Source: Camelus ferus
Taxonomy: Eukaryota
Direction: 5' to 3'
Length of the DNA stretch: 64,000 nt
Assembly (NCBI RefSeq): GCF_009834535.1
Contig: NC_045698.1
Coordinates: 4,032,001 to 4,096,000 of the forward strand
In this document: piece after piece, positions 11,575 through 25,025 of the stretch
Numbering within the stretch: the stretch's first letter is position 1
Layout: each line of letters begins with the position of its first letter
The notes under the pieces: generated by a model
What the model was told of the DNA's origin: nothing
Seen by the model: the letters and a program-made list of their open reading frames with translations, nothing else
Databases searched by the model: none
Translations under genes and position numbers: made by a program

Positions 11575-13965
11575 CTATTTTTTAATAACTGCTCTATTGA
11601 GCTATAACTCATGCACCATACAACTCACCCATTTAAGTGTACAATTCAAGTTTCTGTACATCCTGCATTGAGTGACCAGCACCACAATTTTGGAACATTC
11701 TTATAACCCCCAAATAAATGCCATGTTCATTACCAACCACTTTTTATTTACTCTATTTTTTTGTCTCTGCAAAAATTTTGTGAAACTGGAACCATGAACT
11801 ATCTTTTAGACTAATTTCCTTCAGTTAGCATGTTTTCAAGTTTCATTCTTGTTGTAGCATGTGCCAGTCTTCATTCTTTTTATTGCTGCATAATATTCCA
11901 TTGTATGGATAGGTCATCTTTTATTTGTCCCTTCCCCCACTGGATGTCAGGTTGTTCCCACTCTCCGGTTGCTACGAAGTTCACGTACAGGTTTCTGTGT
12001 GGACATGCAACTTCATGTTTGAATACGTACCTCTGGGCGACTTTCTGAGCAACTGCCCACTGTCTTCCCAAGGAGTTGCCCTCTGCACAGTGTATGAGGG
12101 CTCCAGTTGCTCCCCGTCCTCACTCACACTTGTTGTCATTGGTCTTTGTGATTATGGCTGTTCTAGTGGGTATGAAGTGATACTTTCCATTTGCATTTCT
12201 CTGATGCCTAAGACATTGAGTATCTTTTCATGTACTTATTGCTCATATGTACATCTCCTTTGGAGAAATTTTTATTTGGATACTTTTCCTATTTTTAAAT
12301 TGGGTTATTTTTCTTTTTACTTTTCATCTATAAGTGTTTTTATATATTATAAATACAAATCCCTTACCAGAAAATGATTTGCAAAAATTCTCTATCATTC
12401 TGCAGGATTTCTTTTTTCTTTTACTTTATTGATGGCATCTTTCAAAGCACAGAAGTGTTAAATTAGGGTGAAGTCCAGTTTGTCTATATTTTCTTTTGTT
12501 GCTTCTGCTTTTGGCGTGGTATCTAAGAACCTGTTCTCTAATCCAAGGTCATGTTTTTTCTAATAGTTTCATAGTTTTAGCCCTTACATGAGAAGTGTGA
12601 TCAATTTTGAGTTAATTTTTGTATATTTGTGAGGTAATGACCTAAACTTATTCTTCTGCATGTGGTTCTATCCAGTTGTCCCAGTGCCATTTGCTGGAGA
12701 CTACTTTCCCCTGTTGAGTCGTCTTGGTATCTTTGTTCAAAAGTCAACTGACTAAAAATGTTAGGGTTTAGTTCTGGACTCTTCATCCTAATTCATTGAT
12801 CTACAAGTCTATCATTATGCCAGTACTTGATTACTTTAGCTTTGTAGTAAGTTTTGAAATTGGAAAGTCCTCCTTTTTTAAGATTGTTTTAGATATTCTG
12901 AGTTCCTTGAATTTTCATATGAATTTTTAGGATCATCTTGTTAATTTCTGCAAGAATGCCAACTGAGATCTTAACAGGGATTTTGTTGAATCCATGGATC
13001 CGTTTGGAAAGAATAACCATAGTAACAATATAAAGTCTTCTGATCTAAGAATATGGAATATCTTTTTATTTATTTAGGTCTTCTTTAATTTATTTCCACA
13101 ATGTACTGTAGTATTCAGTGTAAGTCTTGGACTTCTTTTACTAAATTTTCTGTATGTATTTTATTCTTTCTAATGCTAGTATAAATGGAATTGTTCCCTT
13201 AATTTTATTTTCAGGTTGTTCATTGCCACTGTATATAAGTAAAATCGGTTATTACATATTGAGTTTGTATCCTGCAACCTTCCTGAACTCTCTTATTCCA
13301 GTAACTTGTGTGGATTCCTTCAGATACTGTATGCGCAAGATTGTGCCATCTTCAGATAGAGATACTTTTACTTCTTTTTTTTTCAGCAACATGTGTTATA
13401 TGTAAGTTTCTGACATGACTGTCCTGGATAGAACCTCAGGTACAATGTTGAGTAGAAGTAGTGAGAACAGATATCCTTGTCTTGTTCCTGATCTTCGTGG
13501 AGAAGCTCTCAGCGCCTCACTGTTAAGCAGAGTGTTATGCCTGAGTATTCATAGATCCCCTTTATCAAGTTGAAAAAGTTCCTTTCAGTTTTTAGTTTCT
13601 TGAGTGTCTTTACGTTGATAAATTGTTGAATTTTAACAATGATATTTATGCATATATTGAGGTGGTTGACAACATTAATTGATTTTCAAATGTTAAACCA
13701 ACCTCACATTTCTATGTAAATCCCACTGATCATGGTATGCAATATACTTAGTATATTGCTGGATTTAGTTTGCCAGTATTTTGTTGAGGATTTTTGCATC
13801 TCTTTCATAGGAGATAATGGTCTATAGTTTCTTTTATTTTAACAGTTTTGTCTGATTTGGGTATCATGGTAATACCAGCCTTATGGAATGAGTTTAGAAG
13901 TGTCCCATCTTCTATTTTTCAGAAGAGTTTGTAAATAATTGGTGTTAATTTCTCTTTAAATGTTA
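11575..13965 (-). mobile_element. Old degenerate L1 (L1M-type) 3' portion
   Basis: T-rich strand; 3'-end motif caactcacccatttaagtgtacaattca; antisense ORF2 relics (tccttgtcttgttcctgatctt, ttttgttgaggatttttgcatc). Confidence 0.85.
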
Positions 13966-16259
13966 AAAAAAAGTCTGATATTAGATGAATATTGCCATGC
14001 AAAGCTGGATTTTAGACAACATGCTTAAATCAAAAAACTACTAAAAGCCAACAATGGATTTACTGAAAAAAGAACAGCTCTCCTGAATCAAGCCGCACTT
14101 TGGTAATAGGAATGTGGATAGAGCCTTAATAAGCAAATCAGCTAACAGCTGCTACTTGCTGAAACTGTAATTGTAAAGGACTATTTTGTAGGGCCCACAG
14201 TTTGCAGTGGTATGTGGAGGCACGGTCAGAGATGGGTCATTTGGTGAATAGTAAAGCTGTAGAAAGATGGATTTAAATGTTCTCCTCTGGAAACAACAGA
14301 GAGAGGTCAAGGCAGAACAACCAGAGGAAGTTCAAACCTGCACCTACTTCTCAGGGCAAATCGGAAAGGCTGAAAGCCCGCGGTCAGGCTCGCGTGGTCT
14401 GGCCTGTCCCTCAGTGACAGCCTGCAGGGCTGGCTCTGTTCTGCATTTTCCCTCCCAGCTGGAGCCTGGCAGCTGCAATGTCCATAATTATGGAAGATTG
14501 TCTCGTTTTCTGCTCTGTGGTTGAAATAATGACAGTCTCTCTTTTTATTACTGTTCTAATGGCTTCACATTCTGAATCACTGTGATATTATTAATAATGG
14601 CAAAAGGGGTCTTATTTAGCATAGGGAGAACTTCCCCATACATCACTTTAAGAGTGGATGGCTGAGCTGACAGGTCAACAAAGCTGCCCACAGACGCGGC
14701 TGAGCCACTGAAGGATGCAGCCGTGCAGGGGCGCATGTGGGATGACACAGCAGTGCTTTGCTCACTCGTTCACGCTGGAAAGACATGCAAACCTGAGCCC
14801 TGCATCTCAGAACAGACAGGGCACTTCTTAAAAGCATGGTTTTTATCCTTTAAATATGCAACATTTTACTGAGCTCCTGGGTCTCCCCAAAACGTGTACG
14901 CCATTTCCAAAATGGAATGAACAGAATCGACTTGAAATATAAAGCACATAAAGGACAGCAAAGAGGCATAAACACACTTTTGTGAGCAGTGTGAGCATGA
15001 TTGTTTCACAAAGGGTCTAAACTGTTCTGGAGAAGAGCACACTGACTGGGCACTCTGGTCCCACAGAAAACCCACCAGTGCTCCTTCCTGGATGTAAGGG
15101 AAATGTGGCTCCAGGGCCTGAGGTTCAATTCTTTTCCACCTTGATAATAAATTAGCCATGAATAGAATGCCCTGAAATGTGACCTTTTCTGGAAAGACAA
15201 CAGCTCATGCTGACCTGAAGTGCCTTCACCAAGACCAAAGTCTGTCCTCCACCCCTTCTTGGTCTCTCCCAGCCCTTTCTGCCTCCTCCCTCCCTTCCCG
15301 TCTCCATTTTTGGGGCCTTTTATCCTCTACCTCCAGCAATGATCACACCAGCATCTCATAGTCTTTTCCCTGCGTGTTCTTCCAAATTCTACTCTTACTG
15401 TAATTTATCAGCAGGTAAGCACTTGGAGTTGCTTACAGCATTAAGCATCAGGCTAACACTTTATTGTCTGTTCTCATTTACGACAGAACACTTATCAGGG
15501 CGTCATTACTCAAGCCGGCCATCACCAGTGACAACACTGCAATACCAGGAAGGACACTGAAAGACAGAGCCAAAAACTGTGGAAGCCAGGTGATAAATCG
15601 GATTCATCACCTCCCCTGACCGTCCGGGAGCAAGAACAGAAAGTTTAGGATGCCTTTAGATGATTCCAGAAATCCATCTCCTTAATGAAGGAAATGTAAC
15701 TTATTCAGAGCTTGTAAACGTTTGTCTGCGTTGTTGGAGTTTCACATGCATCAAAATGAAATGCGAGAGCCCTACGCATGTAAGACAGTGTCACGGTTTA
15801 GTTTTCAGCTCTGAGAGGAAAGTGGGGCCCAGCTATTGAAGCACCACAGTGAAAAGACAACAGCTAAAATGCCCTGATCTTTCTTATTTCGTATTCTTCT
15901 CTTTAACCTGACCTAACATGTGAACGTCTCAGACAACACATATGTGACTGGACAGGGCAAGTCCCAGTAAGCGGATGCGGAGGGCTTGTTTGAGAGGTGT
16001 CGCCATCTTTACGTCAGATTAAACTGTTCTGCATGAGGGTGGGCAGATAGGGAAGCTTGGGCAATTGCTCCAGAGTTTGAAGGTTCTGAAGTCTAGGGTC
16101 TGGGCAGGTAGAAGAGAAAACACCAAAGACGTGAACACAATTGAATCTGGCTGGGGTGTCGAGGGGGAAGAAACAGGAGGGAAGGGAAGGGGGACTTCAC
16201 AGAGGCTGGCGTGACTTTACAAAGAATGGGGGAAGGCTAATGCCTTCAGGGTCTCCCTC

Positions 16260-16586
16260 TGTCTCAGCTGGTGCTCTTGTGACAAAAGGACCACAGACTG
16301 GGTGCCTTATCAACAAGAAATTTATTTCTCACAATTCTGGAGGCTGGTGCTGGCAGATTCGGTGTCTGGTGAGAACCCACTTCCCATTCATAGACAACCG
16401 TCCTCTCCCCATAATCTCAGCTGGTGGAAGGACGGCTGCTCTCTGGGGCCCTCTATAAGGGCCCATCACGGGGGTTCCTCCCTCAAGACCTAATCACCTC
16501 CCAGAACCCCACCTCCAAACACCATCACACTGGGGGTTAGGATTTGTCATGAACTTTGGGGGGACACAAACATTCAGTCCACAGAA
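16260..16586 (-). mobile_element. MLT1A-like MaLR LTR
   Basis: accacagactggg..tttatttctcacaattctggaggctgg..acacaaacattcagtcc, the reverse complement of the MLT1A pattern. Confidence 0.82.
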
Positions 16587-17089
16587 CTCTGGCAGAGCAC
16601 CTGTCCCCAGGGGCTCGCTCTGGAAACCTCAGGACCAGTGGTCTCGGGGCTGGGTGGGCCCCTCTTCCTGGGGACAACTTGTCAAGCTCAGTATTTCCGA
16701 GCAGAGAGACAGACTGGATGCCCTTTCCTTGGTTCTTTCTGTATCAAGCTGAGAGGGAAAGGCGCTCTCCATGTCGGGTGCTAGACAGACAAGGAAAGGC
16801 AGCAGGGACCAGGGCCTTCGGCACCTTGCACTAGACCCTCCTTGAGTTCACTCCCAGGGTCGGGGTCTTATACATGTTCATTTCCCCCGCAGCATATTTC
16901 CAGTTCTGAACAATCGGGGAAAGAAGAGAGCTGGACTGAATGCAGAGAACGAGAAAGGCGGTCCCTTGCCCCAGTCATGTCTGCTTCCCACAATATCTGT
17001 GTTCCAGTTTTTATGACCAAGACACTGGAAAGAGTGGGCTCTGGGATTTCAGCTCCCTTTTCATGTTCCTCCCTAAGGAATGGGTTTAA

Positions 17090-18050
17090 TTTTTTTCTTT
17101 TTTTTCCCTTTTTTTATGGAAGTATAGTTAATTTATAATATTGTGTTAGTTTCAGATATAGAGCACAGTGATTCAGTTTGGTTGTTTTTCTTTTTTTCCA
17201 GATTATATTCCATTATAGGTTGTTACAAGACATTGAAAATAATTCCTGGTGTTAAATGATAAATCCTTGTTGCTTTTCTACTTTATGTATAGTAGTTTAT
17301 ATCTGTTAATTCTATACTTCTAATTTGTCCTTCCCCTCTTCCCTCTGCCCTTCAGTAACCTCGGTTTATTTTCTATGTCTGTGAGTTTGTTTCTGCTTTG
17401 TATATAGATTCATTTGTAATATTTTATAAGTTCCATATATAATTTGTAACATGTAGTATTTCTCTTTCTCTGACTTATTTCACTAAGCATAATATTCTCT
17501 AGGTCCATCCATGTTGCTGCAAATGGCAATTATTTCACTTCTTTTTATGGCTAAGTAATATCTTATATGTGTGTGTGTGTATGTGTGTATATGGATGGTG
17601 TGTGTGTGTGTGTATAACACACATAAAATCTTTATAAGCTAATTGTCTGTGGGTGGGCATTTGGGTTGTGTCCATGTCTTAGCTATTGTAAATTGTGCTG
17701 CTGTGAGCATTGGGGTGCATGTATCTCTTCAAATTAGTGGATTTTTTTTTAACCAGATATACACCCAGGAGTGTAATTGCTGGATCATATGTTTACCTTA
17801 TTTTTAGTTTTTAAAGAAACCTCCATAGTGTTTTCCATAGTGGCTGTAACAATTTACATTCCCACTAACAGTGTAGGAGGGTCCCCTTTTCTCCACAGCC
17901 TCTCCAGGATTTATTATTTGCAGACTTTCTGATGATGGCCATTCTGAGAGGTGTGAGGTTATATCTTATTGTGGATTTGATTTGCATTTCTCTAAAAATT
18001 TGCAATGCTGAGCATCTTTTCATATACCTATTGGCCATCTGTATGTCTTC
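17090..18050 (-). mobile_element. L1 3' fragment with internal (TG)n
   Basis: Poly-T head, gaagtatagttaatttataatattgtgttagtttcag, ctaggtccatccatgttgctgcaaatggc, gctggatcatatg. Confidence 0.9.
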
Positions 18051-18496
18051 TTAAGAAAAAAGAAGTTTTATAGCAGAATTCTGTGTTAATTTTATAGCAG
18101 TTAAATTTTCTCACAATTTATCTCTTTCTCTGACTCATTGAACCTACCAGAATTCTAATGGATTAAACTCCTATAATATGTACTTAATATGTACTTTTTC
18201 TTACAATTACATTTATTTTTGAGAACTGCTTGGTCAGTAACCCATCTCCACAGTTTTTAAAAAACAAACGTGGTCCTAATAAAAAGATTAGATGATCCTA
18301 CGTAATGTTGAATGCTCAGATCTGTTTTTCCAGACGCCCAGGTCCCCTACCATGTATAGTGTATATGAAATGTGTATAAATGCTTTCTAAATGACGGGAA
18401 AATAAGGGAGGAGCGTTAATAGATCGTCTCTTCCAATTGTGCTTCTAGGTTTTTCAAGGTGTGTAAAATCCATCATAGTCCCTTGGGAGACTTAGC

Positions 18497-18497
<1 letters not shown>

Positions 18498-18551
<54 letters not shown>
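18498..18551. repeat. (ATT)n microsatellite, about 18 units
   Basis: Perfect trinucleotide run. Confidence 0.97.
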
Positions 18552-18554
<3 letters not shown>

Positions 18555-19766
18555 ATCAATCTTAAAAAATATCAAACTTTACCTTTTTTCCTGTTTTATC
18601 AAAGTATATTCTTTAAGCTCTTCTTTTCTTCCTGTTCTTGTAAAATAACTTTAATTTTCCGGAGACACGTGAAAAAGGATCTTCTCTCAACTGACGTGAT
18701 TTGCCAAGGCAAAATAACAAGGTGATGTTTGAATTAGAATGTCAGCTATGATGTCAAAATGACATTCCGTGGACTGTTTGTGGAATAGGTACACAGAGCA
18801 AGCTACTTGCCAGCCTGGCCACCACACACATCTTCCCTCTGTCACCAGGACACTCCAGGGGGATTACAGAGCAACAGCTACTGTATGGAGACGCAGGAAA
18901 GGAGGGTTAACCTGCATTTGCTATTGTCTCCCCTGCAGGGCAATTGTAACAAGACCACCAGTCTGCTGTTGGCTAATGAGCCAGCCATGCGTATTGCTTT
19001 AGAATCCTTGGAGAAAAGCTGCTACACAAACACCAATTTTTGCTAATAACAGATGTTTATTCTCGGTGACCCCGGTTGGCCAGAGGTCTGAAGTCTTTGC
19101 ATCTCAAGGAAACTGGACTGGCAAACTCTCATTGCAGCTGAGCTGAAGGGAGATGGTCTAGACTCCGGTGCAGTCCGGGAACCACAGCTCTCGTCTCTGA
19201 TTTTTCAAACTCACTTTTGAAGTGCAAGTGTGATCGTTTATTGTGCTTTATGGATTTAAATTTCCCCTTGTTCTATTCACGTAGGTTTCACTTTGGGAGC
19301 TGAAGTGCTTTTTTTTTTTTTAATGACTAATTATTTCTATGAGAAAAGGATCACTTCTAACTTACTGGGGCATTGTATCATTTAAGAAAATTGAACAGTC
19401 ACAGCATTCTAGTGCATAATTAGGTGGCTGCTTAATATTTGTGATGTGTTTAGGTCATGCTCCATTTGGCTTACTTTATTTGAAATAAACTACATTTTCA
19501 TCTTCATTGTGATGCATGGAAACATGGTAGAGGCAAATGATTTCTTTATCCTGCTTCCTACAAAGGAGGCTGTGTATAAACCTGAATTTTAAATGATTTC
19601 TCTACTCAAGCGCTTCTGATGGGGTCAGGTAGAGTCATTTGTAAAAGTGTTACATAAAATGCTGCCTAGGATACACGAAGCACTTTCCTGTGAAGGAGAA
19701 AAGAAGCGAGACAGCTTGACAAGCCCTCCCTCTCTGCCCCGGTGTTGGGGAGAGCTGAGATGCCCC

Positions 19767-20212
19767 TGTGCATTGAATTGTTTCCCCTCAAAAGACATGT
19801 GGAAGTCCTAATCCCAGTACCTGTGAATGTGAGTTTATTTGGAAATAGCTTCTTTGCAGATGGAATCGGATTGAGATGAGGGCATGCTGCGTTAGTGGCA
19901 CTGAGCCAGGGGCTGGTATCTCTCTAACTGGAAGGAGCACAGAGACACAGACACCCACAGGGGATGCGAGTGATGATGGAGGCAGAGACTGGGGTGATGT
20001 GTCTACAAGCCGAGGAACATCAGGACTGCTAGCTAACACGGGCCCAGGAAAGGGGAAGGAAGGACCCTCCCCTAGAGCTTTCAGAGATAGCACAGCCCTG
20101 CCTGCACCTTGATTTTGGACTTCCAGCTGCTGGAGCTGTGAGACGATGAATTCCTATTGTTTTAAGCCACCCAGTTGTTGTCAAGTGTAAAGACAGCCCC
20201 AGAAGACTCACA
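19767..20212 (+). mobile_element. MaLR LTR (MLT1B/C-like)
   Basis: gaagtcctaatcccagtacctgtgaatgtga..tttggaaatag..cttgattttggacttccag..ttttaagccacccagtt. Confidence 0.85.
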
Positions 20213-21149
20213 CGAAGGCTGGAGTGGAGCTTCCTCCAGGAGATTCCTCTGTGATTTAGATCAGAGCTGAGGACCACAGCACCCTTCCTGGTCAACCTTT
20301 AGGTCTCTGTCTGAAAAATTGTGAATGTCATTCAGAGAACACAGAGTCCCCAACATGCAGGGAATCCCTGTGATCATCGGGGCACAGAGATTCTTAATTT
20401 TACAGATTGGGAAACTCAACAAAGGGCTGATAAGACCTTTTTAATTTATTCATAACTGTATTGGAAAAAAATCACCCATTGCTTCTAAGCCGATAACCCT
20501 AGGCTGGGGGCAGCAGACACGTCCGTGGACAATCAAGAGGTCGTTTCTCCCTAGAGGCTGCCTGCCTAGGAACGGCTGTCCCTGGGCCCTTTCTCCGTGG
20601 TTTGCCAAGGGTCAGGCTGACTGTCACTTTCCTGGCAACCTTGGGAGGCCATCTCAAGGCTGAGGACACATCTTCAGGGGTCCTCCAGGGGGCGCTGCCA
20701 TCAACTTCCTAGGATAGTTTGGCTTTTTGGGGACTCAGCTGGGAAACTCTCCAGGGTCCATTTCCACCAACATCTCCCACCTCTGCCAGCCCTCCTTCAC
20801 CCAGGAGCAGGGCTTTGTGGCAGGATGTGTGTTGGAAACCAAAATGCCAGTCGGTTAATATACCAGAATCAGTGAATCTACTCTGCACAGGGAGACGGCG
20901 TGCCACTGAGCCCCAAGCCCAGAGCAGAGCAGGCGGAGTGGCAGAGAGACCGTGGGTGAGTGGGGAGGGCAGGGATTTATCTCTTCTCTCCTCTTTTCCC
21001 TTCTGTCCAGGCCAGTCACCTTCACAGCAGACGCATTTCCACAGAGCTGTGTCTGGGGCAGAAAGACGTGCTTCCTTATCTGTGTTCCTGTAGCTTTTAT
21101 ATCTCCCTTCACTCTGGCAAATGTTGTCAGGGCTGCACTTGTTGGCCTC

Positions 21150-21507
21150 TCCAGACATACAGAACCAGATGGATTTTAAAGAATTGGCTCCTGGGATGAT
21201 GGAGGCTGGCAGGGCCCACATTTGCAAGTTGAGCCAGCAGGCTGGGGACCTTGGAGTCCCGTTCCAGCTCTAGTCCAAAGGCCATCTGCTGGAGAATCCT
21301 TCTAGCCCAGGGGAGGTCAGGCTTTTGTTCTGTTTAGGCCTTTAACTGATCAGACAAGGCCCACCTGCATTAGGGAGGGCAACTTGCTTTACACAACGTT
21401 CACATATTTAAATGTTAACTTCATCCAAAAACACCCTCACAGCAACATCCAGAATAATGTTTAATCAAATATCGGAGTCAAATTGACACATACAATTAAC
21501 CATCACA
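21150..21507 (-). mobile_element. MLT2-like ERVL LTR
   Basis: aagaattggctc..atggaggctggcagg..aggcccacc..gggagggcaac..ttgacacatacaattaaccatcaca. Confidence 0.8.
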
Positions 21508-21665
21508 CGTACTTTATGCATATTACATATAACATATAAATATATATAACATGTATATGTACATGTGTAGTGTAATCATTTATATATAAACATTGCCATC
21601 TTATGCCATATGACATACATTATATATGTACATATACACATAATTTTTTTTATCATTTATATATC
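21508..21665. repeat. TA/CA-rich low-complexity tract
   Basis: Degenerate alternating purine-pyrimidine sequence. Confidence 0.6.
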
Positions 21666-21821
21666 TTGGCAGTAAGTTTCTAGAAACCAGTAAATTAGAC
21701 AGGATATCTTTATATTTTTCCTAAGTTAGCTTATGGCCCAGTGCCCAACTGATAATGCTTATTTTTTTAAACATAATTTCTTTTATTAAAATTTTTTTGT
21801 TAACTAACAGTAAGCCTCATC

Positions 21822-21912
21822 TTTTTTTTTTTTTTTAAATGGAGTTACTGGGGATTGAACCCAGGACCTCATGAAAGCTAAGCCGTGCTCTACCACTGAG
21901 CTACACCCCACC
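21822..21912 (-). mobile_element. tRNA-derived SINE (camelid Vic-1-like)
   Basis: Reverse complement is ggtggggtgTAGCTCAGTGGtagagc..tcctgGGTTCAATCCccagtaactcc plus A-tail, with Pol III A and B boxes. Confidence 0.85.
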
Positions 21913-22293
21913 ACGATAGCAAATGTTTAATTAATGTTTCTTGAAACTGAATTAGGCGCAAATGAGAGAGAGAGATTAAGGTGCCCACGTGCAGTATCCT
22001 TAGGCTGTCCCAATATTTCCCCTTTGCCAACATAACCCACTCTCTGACCAGCTGATAACAAGCACCTCAGTCAGACAGCACCACTTTTCTACAGTGATGG
22101 CCGTGACGTTCTGCTCTCCCTGACCCTTCACATCTCCTCCACCTTCTACTGCGGGCCCACTGCTTCCCGTTCCTCCTACCCACCTCCTCTGTGCAACGTG
22201 GCACGAGGCTGAGCTCACCCGCTGCTTGCAGGAAGGTCCCCTGGCTAACCTGGGAGCAGACCAGTAGCTGCAAAGTCCCTGACACAGTGGCTC

Positions 22294-22845
22294 TGTTACC
22301 AGACGTGGGTGCACTCCCCTGCAAGCTGCACAACCCATCTACTGACACCATGTTGTGTGAAGGAAAGGGCAGGTTTATTGCAAAGCCAAGCAAGGAGTAT
22401 GAGCAGCTAGTACTTGAAACACCTGAACTCCCCAGTGGATTTCAGGGAGGAGTTTTTAAAGGCAGGATGAGGGAGAGGGTTGCAGGGTGCCTGGTCAGCT
22501 GATTGGCTGGTGGTGAGGTCATCGGGAACCAACATCACCAGCCTTCTGGTTCCAGTCGGTCTTGTGGCCTCCATACAGTTAATGTTTCCACCTCATGAGG
22601 GTTTTGGTGTATGTAAAACAGCTCAAGGGTATGGTTCGGGATATTGTCTACAGCCCTTGAGGAGGAAGTAAAGGTCCTTGACTTTGTTTAATGGCTAAAC
22701 GATTATAATCTTGTCTTGCATGACTGGTTTCCTTTGTTTCTGCATTTTCTCACTCCCCTGATCGAGTTTGCTCTTTGGAACTTGGGGAAGGCCTGGCAGG
22801 CTAAAGGGAGGAGCAGGGGCCACAGCGGGGTCCTGCTTGGCTTTA
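22294..22845 (-). mobile_element. ERV1-class solo LTR
   Basis: Starts tgttacc; antisense AATAAA at ~22374; antisense CCAAT (gattgg) at ~22501; 4-bp TSD gctc at 22290-22293 and 22846-22849. Confidence 0.75.
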
Positions 22846-23559
22846 GCTCTCCCGGGCCAGGCAGGGAGGAGACTACCTGTGGCCCTAACATGATTAACAT
22901 GATTAAACGTCTCGGCTGGAGAGGACGGGTCCCCTGGGGACAGTCTTCCATTCACTTTGCGCCAATGGCCACAACTGGTGCCCACCTCCGTGCCCCAAGT
23001 GCAGCCCTAGCCCCTGTTCTGTCTCCTGCCTGGTGCAGCCAGAATTACCCCTGGAACCTGGCTGGTCTCTGTGCTGACCAGCGGCTGTCGACAGGGCGTT
23101 GTCTTTGGAGGCCAATTACACAAACGGTGACAGGCCAGGATCTGAGATGTGCTCATCTGACAGTTAAAGCAAAGGGTCAGTCAGAGAAGGGGGAAGAGGG
23201 AGGACTAGCAGCAGGAGAGGGAAGGTCAGGAAGAGGAGATGACAGGCTGCTGGGAAGCCCTGCACAGTGTCAGAGGTTGGCAAACCTGGCTTTGATCTTC
23301 CCAGAGGAAGGAGGTGAACAGAAACCGCCCACCATTTGGCCAGGGTGCCAGGGTGCATGTCCATGCATCAGTAGGAGTTGAATGAGAAGTGACACTGATC
23401 TTGGCAGGCCGGCAAGAACCTCTCACTACGTTACCCATCTCTTACCTGTCCCCACCATCTTCTCCCACGCTTGGCCCCTTCACTTACACCCAGGGTGAGA
23501 GTCGTCAGGAAGTAAATCCAGAAACAAAAGGGAAATCATAGAATTGTAGCATTTTTAAA

Positions 23560-23680
23560 ACTGGAATAAAGCTGAGATAATTTGGCTTAATTTTCTCATT
23601 ATGTCGATGAGGAAACTAAGAATCAGGGAAGTTTGTTCATTTGCCCAAGGTCACATGGCTAGTTAACGTCCTATTCAAAC
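23560..23680 (-). mobile_element. MIR SINE
   Basis: Core gatgaggaaactaag..ttgcccaaggtcacatggctagt. Confidence 0.75.
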
Positions 23681-24948
23681 TCAAGGGCACAGACAACATA
23701 CTCGTTTAACAAACGTCCCTGTTTCCTGAAAGTTTTAGTAACCATCCTCAGTGATAAAAGAGGGTCAAAACCTCACCAACCAAGCCATTCTCTGTTCATA
23801 AGCTCGCTTCTTAAGAAAAAAAATTTGTTTAGAGCATGTTACTTGTCACAGTGTTTTCATGTATAGTGTTTTATAGGATTCACCATTTTTCCCCACAGGT
23901 AAAGGAAATAGTAACAGTGAATAGTTATGAAGCTAAAATTGGAATAACAGACCAAAAAACAAAGTAAGTTTTATTCTCAGCTGTATTGTGGTGATCATTT
24001 CACAATGTAAAATATATGTTAATTATGACTCAATAAAATTCATTTTAAAAATAAATAATGACTGTTTTTCTTGAATTGCATTTTATTAATGGGAGTATGC
24101 ATAATTTCTGCCACTGGGAAGCCCCTGGCATTATGCATAATGTGATGAGAAGTTCACCCCCAGGGTTAGATAACAAATGCTGGGCACTCCACCAAAGCAC
24201 AAGACATGAGTGGACTGCACGGGTCACCCAGACCTTTTCTGGCCACTCTGGGCATCTCTTCTGCAGAAAACAAGGCAAGAACCACCTTTAGATGCAATTA
24301 CTCTAACACCAGGAGGCTTGAACAAAGACACTGGGCAGCTAACATTTTAACATGTCTGTGGTTCCTTCCTCACCCATCTTCCAGCCAGGAGATGCCAGTT
24401 TTCCTTTACTAGAAGGTAGGAACTTTGTCTGTAGACAGACTTCTTTCCCCTCACACCAGAAGTGATACTGGCATCTGTGACATAGAGTCTGTCATCTGCC
24501 AGGAGAGCCTGGAGAATTGGATTTTGCTCTTAGATTTGTGTGCACTGGCTTCCGTCCGCCAACCATCTCCAGAACCTCCCAGGAACCTCCTGCATCCCAG
24601 GCTGACCAAGAGCAGAGGGAAGCAGGTCTTTCTCTTACACTGTCTCTTATTGATCCAGAGAACCTGTCTCGGTGAGAAGACGGAGCCCAACAGCGTCTCC
24701 CTCCTCTGTACCATGTGGTGTGGTTCTTGGCTGCGTGCAGATCAGAGTCCTCCTCCTTCATCAACAGGTGTCCATCCCAGAACCTGGAGGCGTATGTAGG
24801 GTAGGAGGCCTGGAGGCATGGCTGACCCTGGAATCTGTGAGATAAGTGAACGCAGCCCACGATATGATGAATTTTATTCCCAATAAACCCTCTAGTTTAA
24901 TGAAGACATTTCAAGATATTTTATTGTGAAAATCTTAAAGCAACCTAA

Positions 24949-25025
24949 TAAAAAGAGGAAGAAGAGGAAGGAAGAGGTAGGAGGAAGAAGAAAGGGAGTG
25001 AAAGCAGGAAAAAAGAAAGAGAAAA
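24949..25025. repeat. GA-rich polypurine tract
   Basis: About 75 nt that are almost all A or G. Confidence 0.8.

Noticed and set aside
18459..18725. Poly-Ile ORF resembling a membrane protein
   Set aside because: Translation of the (ATT)n microsatellite.
21841..21912. Possible tRNA gene
   Set aside because: It has an A-tail and degenerate stems, so it is a SINE rather than a functional tRNA.
22716..23381. 221-aa ORF
   Set aside because: Starts inside an LTR at a non-ATG codon; no recognisable domain.
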